Positions 19,199-28,755 of a DNA stretch of 64,000 nt are shown here, one piece after another. The notes under the pieces are model-generated. The model saw only the letters and a program-made list of their open reading frames with translations, did no database searches and was not told the DNA's origin. Source of the stretch: Candidatus Levyibacteriota bacterium (GTDB lineage Bacteria > Patescibacteriota > Microgenomatia > Levybacterales > UBA12049); contig JAYRIM010000021.1 of assembly GCA_041906785.1 (NCBI GenBank), positions 17,881 through 81,880 of the forward strand, given 5' to 3'. The translations under genes and the position numbers were made by a program. Within the stretch, counting starts at the first letter, position 1; every line of letters starts with the position of its first letter.

Positions 19199-21085
19199 TT
19201 GCAAGTTTTTCACTATAATGAATATATGAATTTATTTTTTAAGTTCTCTACTAAGTTGTCGAAATATATTTTATTTTTGAGTTTTATTTTTTATTTCTTC
19301 TCTTTTATTTTTTATATACCCAACGTTTACGCTGAAGACAACTTTATAACTGATTATCATATTATTTACACAGTTGCCGAGAATGGTATGACAAATGTCG
19401 TGATGGATGTAACGCTTACAAATGCCGCTGATGATTATTCATATGCTTCTTCATATTCTATTCAGCTTGGTTTTGAGAATATCTCGAATGTTAAAGCATC
19501 TGATCTAGGTGGATTCATAGATCCGAAGGTTGAGAAAAATGAAGATGGAAATAATATATCGATAAAGTTCAACCAAAAAGCTGTAGGTATTGGCAGTAAA
19601 CAATTTTTTTCAATATCCTTTTTAACGCCTGATATTGCGAAGAAACAAGGTGAAATTTGGGAAATCAATATTCCAGGCATAGCAAATCAGGATACCTTCG
19701 ATTCATTTGATGTCGATCTTCAGGTGCCTAACAATTTCGGAAAACCTGCGTATATTAAACCCAGACAGGAAAGCGACACATTACATTTTACAAAAGAACA
19801 GTTAAGCACGTCAGGTATTTCAGTCGCATTCGGTGAGAAACAAACATATGAATTTTCACTTATTTATCATCTGAATAATAAAAACCTTTTCCCTATTCGA
19901 ACAGAAATTGCCTTGCCTCCCAATACAAACTATCAAGAAATAAATATTGATTCTATGACACCAGAACCAAAAAAAGTTGAAAAAGATACAGATGGAAATT
20001 GGCTGGCAGAATACGAATTGCTTCCTGGGGAAAGTAAAGATGTATGGGTTACAGGAAAGGCACAAATATTTCTCCAACCGAAAAAAGAAATTTTAAGCGA
20101 AGAGGAATTAGCGCACTATTTAAAAACAGATCAATTCTGGGAAATAGAAAATGAAAAAATAAAATCAAAAGCTCAATCTCTGCGTACACCTGAAGCTATT
20201 TACTCATATGTAGTAGATACTTTAACATATGATTTCTCCCGCGTAACAAGTAATAAAAATAGATTAGGAGCACAAAAAGTCATATCTGATCCAAAATCTG
20301 CTGTTTGTCTAGAATTTACAGATTTATTTATCGCTTTAGCTCGTGCTGCCGGTATTCCTGCAAGAGAAGTAGATGGGTATGCCTATACAGAAAATCAGCG
20401 AGATAGGCCATTATCACTCGTACAGGATATTCTTCATGCTTGGCCAGAATATTATGACCGTGAGAAAGAGATGTGGATTATGGTCGACCCGACCTGGGGA
20501 AATACTACTGGAGGAGTAGATTACTTCCATGTTTTAGATTTCGATCATTTAGCTTTCGTAAAGCGTGGTGTTAGCAGTACATATCCTATTCCTGCGGGAG
20601 GATATAAAAATACAGGTGATGAAAATAAAAAAGATATTGCAATTTCTTTTTCAGAGAAAGATATCTCCCAGAGTTCTACCATAACTCTCGAACCATATAT
20701 CGCATCTTCTTATACAGCAGGGTTTCCGATAGATGGGACAATAACAGTTATTAATAAAGGTCCAGCTGTAAGTACAAGCACTGCCGTATCTATTTTCTCG
20801 AGTACTCTCTTACCGGGAAATCAGAAAAGTTATGTAAAAGATATTCTGCCATTTGGAAGAAAAACTGTACGATTTCAATTCCAAAAATTACCATTTTTGA
20901 CAAATGCTACACACACAATTACAATCAGCGATGGAAAAAATGAATTCAGTAAAACTATTGAGGTCATACCATTCTTAGTTAAAGACTGGAAGCTGAAAGG
21001 AGGAATTATTGGTGCAATACTCGCGTTCATCATATTTATCTTTGCCATCAAAACCCGGCGTTTACCAATTTCTCGACGCAAGTAA
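19199..21085 (+). CDS. transglutaminase-like cysteine protease domain membrane protein
   Basis: N-terminal TM; SAVCLEFTDLFIALARAAGIPAR (Cys), LHAWPEYY (His), MVDPTWG (Asp) triad of the transglutaminase-like superfamily; C-terminal TM. Confidence 0.6.
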   Translation: MQVFHYNEYMNLFFKFSTKLSKYILFLSFIFYFFSFIFYIPNVYAEDNFITDYHIIYTVAENGMTNVVMDVTLTNAADDYSYASSYSIQLGFENISNVKASDLGGFIDPKVEKNEDGNNISIKFNQKAVGIGSKQFFSISFLTPDIAKKQGEIWEINIPGIANQDTFDSFDVDLQVPNNFGKPAYIKPRQESDTLHFTKEQLSTSGISVAFGEKQTYEFSLIYHLNNKNLFPIRTEIALPPNTNYQEINIDSMTPEPKKVEKDTDGNWLAEYELLPGESKDVWVTGKAQIFLQPKKEILSEEELAHYLKTDQFWEIENEKIKSKAQSLRTPEAIYSYVVDTLTYDFSRVTSNKNRLGAQKVISDPKSAVCLEFTDLFIALARAAGIPAREVDGYAYTENQRDRPLSLVQDILHAWPEYYDREKEMWIMVDPTWGNTTGGVDYFHVLDFDHLAFVKRGVSSTYPIPAGGYKNTGDENKKDIAISFSEKDISQSSTITLEPYIASSYTAGFPIDGTITVINKGPAVSTSTAVSIFSSTLLPGNQKSYVKDILPFGRKTVRFQFQKLPFLTNATHTITISDGKNEFSKTIEVIPFLVKDWKLKGGIIGAILAFIIFIFAIKTRRLPISRRK

Positions 21086-22346
21086 CACAGTTATTTATGT
21101 CGGTAAAGCAATTGATCTTAAATCTCGAGTCTCTTCTTACTTCACAAGCTCTTCACAACTAGGAGAGAAAACTCGGTTGTTAGTTTCTAATATAGAAAAA
21201 ATTCGTATTACACTTGTCGAGTCAGAACTCGAAGCATTATTACTTGAAGCGTATTATATTAAAAAACATAATCCTAAATATAATATTCGCTTAACAGATA
21301 ATAAAGCATATATTCTTGTCCGTATAACCATGAAAGACATATACCCGAAAGTGCTGCTGGCGAGAAAAATGGAATATCCAGAAGATATCTATTTCGGTCC
21401 TTTTCCAAATTCAGGCGCAGTGAAATTAGTATTAAAAACAATCCGGAAAGTTTTCCCTTTTCAATCTGTTGAAAATCATGCAAAACGAATTTGTCTTTAC
21501 AATCATTTAGGGTTATGTCCGTGTCCTCCAGTAAACGATTCCCTTGAGTTACGAAAACAATATAGAAGCAATATACGTAATATTATTCGGATTTTTGAAG
21601 GACAGTCACATAAAATACTGTCTGAACTCGAAAGAGAGCGAGAAAAACTAAGCGAGGAAGAACGCTTCGAGGAAGCTGGATTTATGCAGAGAAGAATTAA
21701 CGCTTTAAGCTATATTACACAACCGTTTCATAAACCTCATGAATATGAATTTAATCCAAATTTACGATCTGATTTGCGTGAAGAGGAACTTATGAATTTA
21801 CAACAAATTTTACGAGAGAACGGATGTCTTGTGACTTCTCTGGAGCGTATTGAATGCTATGATATTTCCCATATCCAAGGTACAAATACAACAGCTTCTA
21901 TGGCTGTCTTTATTAACGGAGAAAAAGAGTCATCACAGTATCGAAAGTTTAAAATAAGATTGGAAAAGACACCAGACGACTTTGCGAGTATGAAAGAGGT
22001 TCTCCAAAGAAGAATTCGGCATAGCGAATGGTCAATTCCTGGTTTGATAATTGTCGATGGTGGAAAAGGACAAGTCTCTGCAGCATTTGAAGTTTTACGA
22101 CAGATGAAATTAGATCTTCCTTTAATTGGTTTGGCAAAAAGGGAAGAAACCATTGTAATACCTCAATTAACAATGCCAAATGACAAATATCAAATGTCAA
22201 ATAAAATTGGGAATTTGAAATTCACAGAGGTTTCTTTACCTAAAGATGCGAAAGCGCTTCACCTGATTCAAAGAATAAGAGATGAAGCTCACCGGTTCGC
22301 AATAACATACCATAGAAAACTAAGAAGTAAAGGAGTAACTAAATAA
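21009..22346 (+). CDS. uvrC: excinuclease ABC subunit C, short form lacking C-terminal (HhH)2 domain; TTG/GTG start overlapping upstream gene by about 75 nt
   Basis: GIY-YIG: PGVYQFLDASNTVIYVGKAIDLKSRVSSYF; UVR-like RFEEAGFMQRRINAL; RNase-H-like endonuclease domain YDISHIQG...IIVDGGKGQ; no in-frame ATG upstream of GIY-YIG. Confidence 0.8.
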   Translation: MVQYSRSSYLSLPSKPGVYQFLDASNTVIYVGKAIDLKSRVSSYFTSSSQLGEKTRLLVSNIEKIRITLVESELEALLLEAYYIKKHNPKYNIRLTDNKAYILVRITMKDIYPKVLLARKMEYPEDIYFGPFPNSGAVKLVLKTIRKVFPFQSVENHAKRICLYNHLGLCPCPPVNDSLELRKQYRSNIRNIIRIFEGQSHKILSELEREREKLSEEERFEEAGFMQRRINALSYITQPFHKPHEYEFNPNLRSDLREEELMNLQQILRENGCLVTSLERIECYDISHIQGTNTTASMAVFINGEKESSQYRKFKIRLEKTPDDFASMKEVLQRRIRHSEWSIPGLIIVDGGKGQVSAAFEVLRQMKLDLPLIGLAKREETIVIPQLTMPNDKYQMSNKIGNLKFTEVSLPKDAKALHLIQRIRDEAHRFAITYHRKLRSKGVTK

Positions 22347-22351
22347 AATGG

Positions 22352-22436
22352 ACTAAAGGAGACAAGAGAGCCAAAGGTTCCAAACGGATAAAGTTACCTT
22401 TGTCTCATCTGGCTCTTCGGTCTCTTATGGAACCTG
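22352..22436. repeat. composite palindromic intergenic repeat, copy 2
   Basis: GGAGACAAGAGAGCCAAAGGTTCC...ACCTTTGTCTCATCTGGCTCTTCGGTCTC between convergent uvrC and SBP genes. Confidence 0.6.
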
Positions 22437-22441
22437 GAAGC

Positions 22442-23803
22442 TTACTTTCGAATCAGTTCATATTCTTGGGGGAAATAGAGAAATGAGGCTGGTGCTTCAT
22501 CAAGGAGATATTTTTGAAAGTCTGTATATATTTTTATTCTTTCCTCATCATCTACTGTTTTTCGGCCATCTTCCAATAGCTTATCTATGCGCAAATTTCG
22601 CAACTTTGTAATATTGTTTGCCTGTGCTGAATGCCATAAAGTATATTGATCTGGATCTTTTGGAACATTAAATTCACCCAAGAATACTTGGAATTGGTCC
22701 GGTATCGTATCTGCGTCATTTATTGTGACTATAAAACCAAGCTTCTCCCATGCTTTCGAAATAGTTTCTGCTGTGGTTTTATATTTTTCTAATGAAGTTA
22801 TAGTAATTTTTGGTTTAGCACTGGCACTAGCTTGTTCCAGAGCAGAAGAAACCAGGAGACTTGCATGGTTAAGATCTTGTCGTCTCGCTGCTGTATCTGG
22901 GTTACTGTATTTAGATTTTGGTGGGTAAGGATTGTATGTACGAATTCCTTCTCCAAACGTATCAGGTAGTGCATAGGTAAGACCATTACGAATTTTTTTA
23001 TCAGAAAGCAAAGGATCTTGAGTATTATAAAAAAGTGTAACTAATGTACCGTAGTTTACCTGTTTTTTTATAGAAATATTTTGAAATTTGCTAAAATCTA
23101 CTGTTTGTAATGTAACTGTGTTCACGCGTGCAATTTTAGTAATTTCCCCAAGTGCCATAGCAGTTTTTAATGCATCTATAGTCGGATAAAAGATATATGT
23201 TTCATTCTGTAAGGAATCTTTTCGTGAAACTAATTGAATAGTCTTTAGGAATTCTCCGTTCAGCTCAAGTTTATGTATTTTATAGTCCCCAACACCTATA
23301 AGATTTTTATAAAAAATAGGCCGTGAAACAGTTACAAGGAAGGGCGCATACGGTTCTTTTAAGTTAAATTCGATAGTATAGGGGCTCGGTTTCTTAATAG
23401 TAACTTTTGAGAAAGAATAGCTCACTTTATCTGAAGTAAATGGTTCACCGTCAGAAAACGTTATGTCTTTTTTTAAATAGAAAGTATATCTTTTACCTTT
23501 ATTTGAAATTTTCCAAGAAGATGCTAAATCTGGTGAAATAGTGCCACCCTGTGAGACTTTTGTTAAACCTTTTGCGATTTTATTCACTATGAATGAAGGC
23601 ATGTTTTCCGTTCGGTAAGCACCTGAAATGCCTATAATCGTCTTTCTGTGAGTTGGAATAAGTTGAAGAAGAAGTGGATAAAAATTAACTAATAAAAGAA
23701 AAATTCCTAACCCTATTAAGAAAAAAAGGAAAAATTGCTTTCCCCAGCGTTTAATATATGCCTTAATCAACCAAAACAAGTATCGTCGTCGGATTACAGC
23801 CAT
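22442..23803 (-). CDS. extracellular solute-binding protein family 5 (OppA/DppA-like), membrane-anchored
   Basis: N-terminal TM then SBP_bac_5-like core (ISPDLASSWKISNKGKRYTFYLKKDITFSDGEPFTSDKV). Confidence 0.5.
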   Translation of the reverse strand: MAVIRRRYLFWLIKAYIKRWGKQFFLFFLIGLGIFLLLVNFYPLLLQLIPTHRKTIIGISGAYRTENMPSFIVNKIAKGLTKVSQGGTISPDLASSWKISNKGKRYTFYLKKDITFSDGEPFTSDKVSYSFSKVTIKKPSPYTIEFNLKEPYAPFLVTVSRPIFYKNLIGVGDYKIHKLELNGEFLKTIQLVSRKDSLQNETYIFYPTIDALKTAMALGEITKIARVNTVTLQTVDFSKFQNISIKKQVNYGTLVTLFYNTQDPLLSDKKIRNGLTYALPDTFGEGIRTYNPYPPKSKYSNPDTAARRQDLNHASLLVSSALEQASASAKPKITITSLEKYKTTAETISKAWEKLGFIVTINDADTIPDQFQVFLGEFNVPKDPDQYTLWHSAQANNITKLRNLRIDKLLEDGRKTVDDEERIKIYTDFQKYLLDEAPASFLYFPQEYELIRK

Positions 23804-23814
23804 AATTAAAAATC

Positions 23815-23880
23815 GTATAACGTGTAACTTGTAACGTATTGCAAAAGATTGTACGTTACACGTTATGCGTTACACGCTCC
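23815..23880. repeat. ACGT-rich inverted repeat CGTATAACGTGTAAC...GTTACACGTTATGCG
   Basis: Arms reverse-complementary; between secG stop and SBP gene start. Confidence 0.5.
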
Positions 23881-23887
23881 ATGGGAA

Positions 23888-24100
23888 TCATTGGGGTATT
23901 ATTAGTAGCGCAATTGAAAACACAGCCAGAAGAGCAGCAGAAAGAACAGTGAGGTAAATGAGAAGCTTTTCAATATTTCTTTTACTGCGGTACATTTCTC
24001 CCCCTCCACCGAAGACTGGAGATAATCCTCCGCCCTGTGATTGGAGTAATACACAGACTATTAAAAGTATGGAAACGAGTATTTGAGCAATATATAACAT
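23888..24100 (-). CDS. secG: preprotein translocase subunit SecG
   Basis: 70 aa, two TM, LLQSQGGGLSPVFGGGGEMY glycine-rich SecG signature. Confidence 0.6.
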   Translation of the reverse strand: MLYIAQILVSILLIVCVLLQSQGGGLSPVFGGGGEMYRSKRNIEKLLIYLTVLSAALLAVFSIALLIIPQ

Positions 24101-24104
24101 GATA

Positions 24105-24140
24105 GTTATGAGTTGTCAGTTGTCAGTTGTCTGTCAGTCA
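24105..24140. repeat. heptamer repeat array GTTATGA-GTTGTCA-GTTGTCA-GTTGTCT-GTCAGTCA directly upstream of secG start
   Basis: Read directly; same word family as 14297 and 25877. Confidence 0.8.
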
Positions 24141-24192
24141 TGCGCAAAGGATAAAAAATATTTACTGATCACTAAATACTGAAAGCTGAGTG

Positions 24193-25173
24193 CTATTTAT
24201 TATAGAGATTCATGATTGCAGATGCAAGTTTATTTGACTCATGATAAATCGGAAAGTTTTCATCTACAAGATCTGAAAAAACGAGATGGTATTCCTGCAG
24301 CATGTCTTTATTTTTTATGTGTTCGACATATGTATATGATGTATGCTCATCCTTTAATGGTATTGACTTATTTCCATTAACGAGAACATCATCAAATGGA
24401 AATATGCCAATGTGTTTTTTAATGGCTTCAATAAAATCATATACTGTGTATCCTTCAGTTTCTTGGGGTTTGTTCGCGACGTTTACTATATATGTCTTTC
24501 TGGCTTTTGACTTTAAAAATGCTTCTTTGATCAATGGTACGATCAATACAGGAAGTGTTGTAGTATATAAATCTCCCGGACCTACAATAATGATATCTGC
24601 TGTATGAATCGATTCAATCGCTTTTTGTGATACTGAGGGATTTTCTGGAGTAATAAAGATTTTATCTATTTGTGGTTTACCTTCGTATTTTCCTAAATCT
24701 ATATTCTCTTCACTGTGAACTGTCACACCGTCTTTCGTGACTGCTGAAAGTGTGACAACTTCATTCGTGGCTGGATAAATTTTCCCGCTAGCATGAACTA
24801 AGCGTTGGATAAGTTCTACTGCATCATCGTAATCACCAGTAATCTCTTTTGCTGCAATAAGCATCAAGTTTCCTAATTTCTGTCCGCCAATTTCACTATC
24901 TGCACCATATCTATCTCCTGGAAAGCGGTACGTGAGAAGTTGCGCGATATTAGGATGGTCATCTCCACTTAAAGCTGCAATGCACGAAACCAAATCGCCA
25001 GGAGGTAGTGTATTAAATAATCTCCGTAAGCGTCCACCTGATCCGCCATCATCTGTAGTGGTCGCTACAACTGTAATATTATCAGCGATTTGTCGCAGTC
25101 CACGGATAAGTGTGACAGTTCCAAGCCCTGATCCAAGGCAAACAATACGCTTATTTTTCAAATCCTTTTCCAT
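24193..25173 (-). CDS. YvcK/CofD-family (UPF0052, gluconeogenesis-factor-like) protein
   Basis: RIVCLGSGLGTVTLIRGLRQ N-terminal glycine loop and ATTTDDGGSGGRLRR motif typical of the YvcK/CofD family. Confidence 0.6.
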   Translation of the reverse strand: MEKDLKNKRIVCLGSGLGTVTLIRGLRQIADNITVVATTTDDGGSGGRLRRLFNTLPPGDLVSCIAALSGDDHPNIAQLLTYRFPGDRYGADSEIGGQKLGNLMLIAAKEITGDYDDAVELIQRLVHASGKIYPATNEVVTLSAVTKDGVTVHSEENIDLGKYEGKPQIDKIFITPENPSVSQKAIESIHTADIIIVGPGDLYTTTLPVLIVPLIKEAFLKSKARKTYIVNVANKPQETEGYTVYDFIEAIKKHIGIFPFDDVLVNGNKSIPLKDEHTSYTYVEHIKNKDMLQEYHLVFSDLVDENFPIYHESNKLASAIMNLYNK

Positions 25174-25297
25174 AGATTCTATTTGTTGACTTTAGTTCCT
25201 GTATTTTACTTTAAAGTATCGAAAGTATCAGATTATTACTAATTAGAAAATCCAAAGCCTTCGATACCTTTGGTACTTTTCATACTTTTGATACCTC

Positions 25298-25702
25298 TTA
25301 TTTTATGAGCCAGCGTATTGTACCTGAAATCAGAGATAAAGCAAGAGCAGCGAGAATAAATGCAAATAGTGTATTAACCTTAATCGGATCAATAGAAAAC
25401 CCTGCCAATGACGCTCCAGGAAATTTATACTCCATTATGCTTACATTCGGTACGAAAACTGTTAGAAGATAGAGAATTAAAGCGTTCGTTATGACTGAAA
25501 ATAGCCCCATCGTAATGACATTAAATGGAAAGGTCAGTACTGAAAAAATAGGTTTCACAAAAACAAAAAGTAAAGAAAGTGCTACTCCACCAAGAATAAG
25601 CGTAAATGCTCCTCCGACGATTTTTACACCGCCTACAAAATGAGGTAAAAGAAAAAGGGATAAAGCATAGATAGCTGTATTCCTGAGCAGTGGTTTAAGC
25701 AT
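25298..25702 (-). CDS. DUF360/holin-like 4-TM membrane protein
   Basis: 134 aa, four TM helices, pattern typical of YvlD/phage-holin-4_2 family. Confidence 0.45.
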   Translation of the reverse strand: MLKPLLRNTAIYALSLFLLPHFVGGVKIVGGAFTLILGGVALSLLFVFVKPIFSVLTFPFNVITMGLFSVITNALILYLLTVFVPNVSIMEYKFPGASLAGFSIDPIKVNTLFAFILAALALSLISGTIRWLIK

Positions 25703-25876
25703 GAGCGTTTTACCATTATACTGCAGAGAAATAGAAGAAACAATCTTTTGAGTTTCAAAGAGTCAAGGTTGCAAAGTTACTTGAAAAAATAAAACAGCTC
25801 ATCTATAATATAGGCCTATAGTCGATTTTCGGCTATTTTTATTTGCACATTGAAACAGTGACGGAATCGGGAATAT

Positions 25877-25961
25877 GGTTATCAGTTATGAGTGGTCAGT
25901 TGTCAGTTTTTGAATAAATTATATCTCACAACCCATAACTCATAACTGACAATTGATAACC
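25877..25961. repeat. 85-bp inverted repeat built from heptamer words (GGTTATCAGTTATGAGTGGTCAGTTGTCAG ... CATAACTCATAACTGACAATTGATAACC)
   Basis: Arms reverse-complementary with few mismatches; sits immediately 5' of the second GC-rich islet. Confidence 0.8.
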
Positions 25962-26109
25962 ATTTTTCCGGTTTCGTCCGAAGGAAAGCCTCAGAAAGGA
26001 GGGAAAGGCTTCAGGGACATGGTGGCGCAGCCACCCCGGACATACTCGCTTTTATAGGAGTATGCCTCAAATTCAGTAGACCGCCAGGAAGCGGTCTGGG
26101 AGGGGAAAG

Positions 26110-26532
26110 ATGTCTCGCTTGCGTCTTGAATTCGTTGGTATTCTCGCGGTGCTGCTTGCATTCGCAGCAGGTTCCGCATATGCCAGCGACTCGACAACAG
26201 AATCGGCGACTACGAAAGTCGCCAACCAGTACAGCGTAGATTGTACTGCGTACCCTGTACCGGGATCGAATCCGCCGCAGCACAGTCGGACGCCGAATGG
26301 GCAGACGGGTGTGACTATCCGAGACACAGGTACAATCAATGACCCCAACGGGGTCGTGTACCAGTGTTGGTCAGGAAATTGGAACCCAGTCACCCGGTGG
26401 AAGCAGCCCGAGGTGCAACCACAGCCACAACCCGCTCCGGGCGATCGTTGGTGGTGGACGCCATGCACGCGCTGCCAATGGGTAGCTGCGCCTACGCAGA
26501 AGGCTACCCGGACCACATACCGTCGGCGCTAA
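26110..26532 (+). CDS. GC-rich small secreted Cys/Trp-rich protein (140 aa), hypothetical; could alternatively be non-coding structured RNA
   Basis: GGAGGGG SD before ATG; signal peptide MSRLRLEFVGILAVLLAFAAGSAYA; 6 Cys, W-rich; GC3 bias only moderate and a 147-aa ORF exists on the opposite strand, so coding status uncertain. Confidence 0.35.
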   Translation: MSRLRLEFVGILAVLLAFAAGSAYASDSTTESATTKVANQYSVDCTAYPVPGSNPPQHSRTPNGQTGVTIRDTGTINDPNGVVYQCWSGNWNPVTRWKQPEVQPQPQPAPGDRWWWTPCTRCQWVAAPTQKATRTTYRRR

Positions 26533-26555
26533 CTTCAGGCTTGTTCTGTCAGCGG

Positions 26556-26580
26556 CTTCATGGGGTCGGGCGATCGGCTC
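26556..26580 (+). terminator. hairpin GGGGTCGggcgatcggctCGACCCC followed by TCATGATTTCT
   Basis: 7-bp GC stem with T-rich tail 24 nt after stop of 26110..26532. Confidence 0.4.
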
Positions 26581-26649
26581 GACCCCTCATGATTTCTCGC
26601 TTTCCTCCAAAAACTTGCATTATTTTCTTAATTGGATTTTTCCGATTTT

Positions 26650-26712
26650 TGACGATTTGTAGGTTTCCCTTCCGGCGCAATATAGTATAAGAACAAAAAG
26701 ATTTTATGCTCT
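26650..26712. other. 63-nt near-perfect hairpin CCTTCCGGCGCaatatagtataagaac...ctcttatactaGCGCCGGAAGG
   Basis: 11-bp outer stem plus 11-bp inner stem read directly. Confidence 0.6.
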
Positions 26713-26770
26713 TATACTAGCGCCGGAAGGCATGTGCATAACCAAGTACCGAATAGTACTTGGTAAAGAG

Positions 26771-26812
26771 AAACCCACCTATGAGTATACTCAAACGGTG
26801 GGTTTTTTATGG
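26771..26812 (+). terminator. rho-independent-type terminator AAACCCACC...GGTGGGTTTTTTAT (possibly bidirectional, abuts stop of minus-strand 26807 gene)
   Basis: 9-bp stem followed by T6. Confidence 0.5.
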
Positions 26813-27430
26813 TTTTCTAATATAAGGGTTTGACCCTTTTTGCATGATACTTGGAAAAGAGGATTTAGTCTGTTGTTTATTTTGCTGGTTTTGATTTGTA
26901 TTAGATTTCTGAATTTGACCAGTAGTATTTTTTAAAGGGGATTTATTTTTATTTGATTCATAAAGCTGAAAATAGTCTGGATTCTCTGTAGGACTATATT
27001 GGCGGGCTTCATCAATATCATGGGATCCTGTGTACTTACTAATAATCCATTTTAATGGAATTGAAAATACTATTCCAATAATAACTGCAGCAGTCATCAA
27101 TAATATATTAAAAAATATCACATAACCGATTGTTAGGGTTAGTGTCGGTGTTTGGAATGATATACTTTCTGCAGTCAGACAGGCAGCTTGTAAACCATTT
27201 AAAGAACAATGAAAATCGATTAATGGGTAAAGAGCGGTGAACAGAACCCCAATAGAAAAGATTGGAATAAAAACGATAGAAAGAATAAAAATGGTTTTTT
27301 TGCTTAATTTCAAAGGAAGAATTAAACCAACGACTAATCCGCTCACAATAAGTAACATTGCAGGGTTAGCAAGTAATCGGATATATTCTACAAAAAAATT
27401 GTTCAGGTTCATAGTTGTATGATACAACAA
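26807..27430 (-). CDS. membrane protein with Q/N/K-rich C-terminal tail, hypothetical
   Basis: 4 TM segments then low-complexity QKSNTNQNQQNKQQTK. Confidence 0.35.
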   Translation of the reverse strand: MLYHTTMNLNNFFVEYIRLLANPAMLLIVSGLVVGLILPLKLSKKTIFILSIVFIPIFSIGVLFTALYPLIDFHCSLNGLQAACLTAESISFQTPTLTLTIGYVIFFNILLMTAAVIIGIVFSIPLKWIISKYTGSHDIDEARQYSPTENPDYFQLYESNKNKSPLKNTTGQIQKSNTNQNQQNKQQTKSSFPSIMQKGSNPYIRKP

Positions 27431-27501
27431 TTTAGCAATTTAACAATACAACAATCTAATTTACTCTCTTGCATATTTCATATGATGTTGTATAGTGGTT
27501 A

Positions 27502-28755
27502 ATGCTATCTTCAACCACTATGAATACAATTCTTTGTCCTCATTGTAAAAAAGCTGTAGAAATCTCAGAAGCATTATCCCATCAATTGAAAGATGAGATA
27601 TTAAAGGAAGTAGATGGGAAACATAAAGAAGAACTAGAAAAAATCCGTATTGAAGCAGAAGCAAGAGCAGCAAAACGTGCCGAAGAAGCATTAGCGCTTC
27701 GTTTAAAAACGTCTCAAGAAGAAGTAGAAGAAACGAAGAAACGGAATAACCAACTCCAAGAACAACTATCAGAACTATTAAAAAAACTTCGTGATATGGA
27801 ACAAAAAGACAGCGAACGAGAATTAGAAATGCAAAAACAATTATTAAAAGAACGAGAAATGATGGAAATGGAGATAGCCAAATCCGAGCAAGAAAAAGCA
27901 CGATTAGATAAAATGGAATTACAAAAACAGCTTGATGATACGAAAAAAGCGCTCGAAGACGCTCAGCGAAAAGCGCAACAATCCTCCCAGCAACTTCAAG
28001 GAGAAGTTCTCGAGTTAGATCTTGAGCAACAACTACGAACAGAATTTTTAACCGATGAAATAACACCTGTTCCGAAAGGAGTAGATGGAGCAGACATCAT
28101 TCAGAAAGTGAGAAATAAATTTGGGCAAATCGCCGGATCAATTCTTTGGGAAACAAAAAGAACGAAAGCATGGAGTAACACATGGTCAGCGAAACTTCGC
28201 GAAGATGTTCGAACAATGGGTGCTGAAACTGCTGTATTAGTGAGCGATGTTCTTCCAGCAGGGATAGAAACATTTGGTTTTTATGAGAATATATGGGTTT
28301 CATCTTATCGCTATGCGTTACCGCTTGCTTCAGCATTGCGTATAGGTCTCCTCCAAGTAGCCAGAGCTAAATCTGCTTCAGCGAATAAAGATGAGAAACT
28401 AGAAATGCTTTATCAGTATCTTACAAACACAAGCTTTAAGCACCGATTCGAAGCGCAAGTAGAAGCTATAATAGAATTACGACAGGATTTTGAAGCAGAA
28501 CAGAGAACGATGACAAGATTATGGAAAAAGAAAGAAATGCAATTGCAACGAATGACGAAAAATGTTGCAAGCCTATATGGTGAATTACAAGGTATACTGG
28601 GCTCAGCACTTCCAGCTATTCAAGGATTAGAAGTAGATCATATGCTAGATTCTGGAACTTCTACATTGGATTCAGTAAACGGAAATATAAAAAACGGAGA
28701 CTTATTTAGTGACGGAAAAGAAACGTATGAAAAAGCAGATTCCACCCTCCTTTAA
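27502..28755 (+). CDS. DUF2130-like protein: N-terminal CxxC zinc ribbon, long coiled coil, conserved C-terminal domain
   Basis: CPHCKK motif, about 150-aa E/K/Q-rich coiled coil, C-terminal globular region. Confidence 0.45.
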   Translation: MLSSTTMNTILCPHCKKAVEISEALSHQLKDEILKEVDGKHKEELEKIRIEAEARAAKRAEEALALRLKTSQEEVEETKKRNNQLQEQLSELLKKLRDMEQKDSERELEMQKQLLKEREMMEMEIAKSEQEKARLDKMELQKQLDDTKKALEDAQRKAQQSSQQLQGEVLELDLEQQLRTEFLTDEITPVPKGVDGADIIQKVRNKFGQIAGSILWETKRTKAWSNTWSAKLREDVRTMGAETAVLVSDVLPAGIETFGFYENIWVSSYRYALPLASALRIGLLQVARAKSASANKDEKLEMLYQYLTNTSFKHRFEAQVEAIIELRQDFEAEQRTMTRLWKKKEMQLQRMTKNVASLYGELQGILGSALPAIQGLEVDHMLDSGTSTLDSVNGNIKNGDLFSDGKETYEKADSTLL

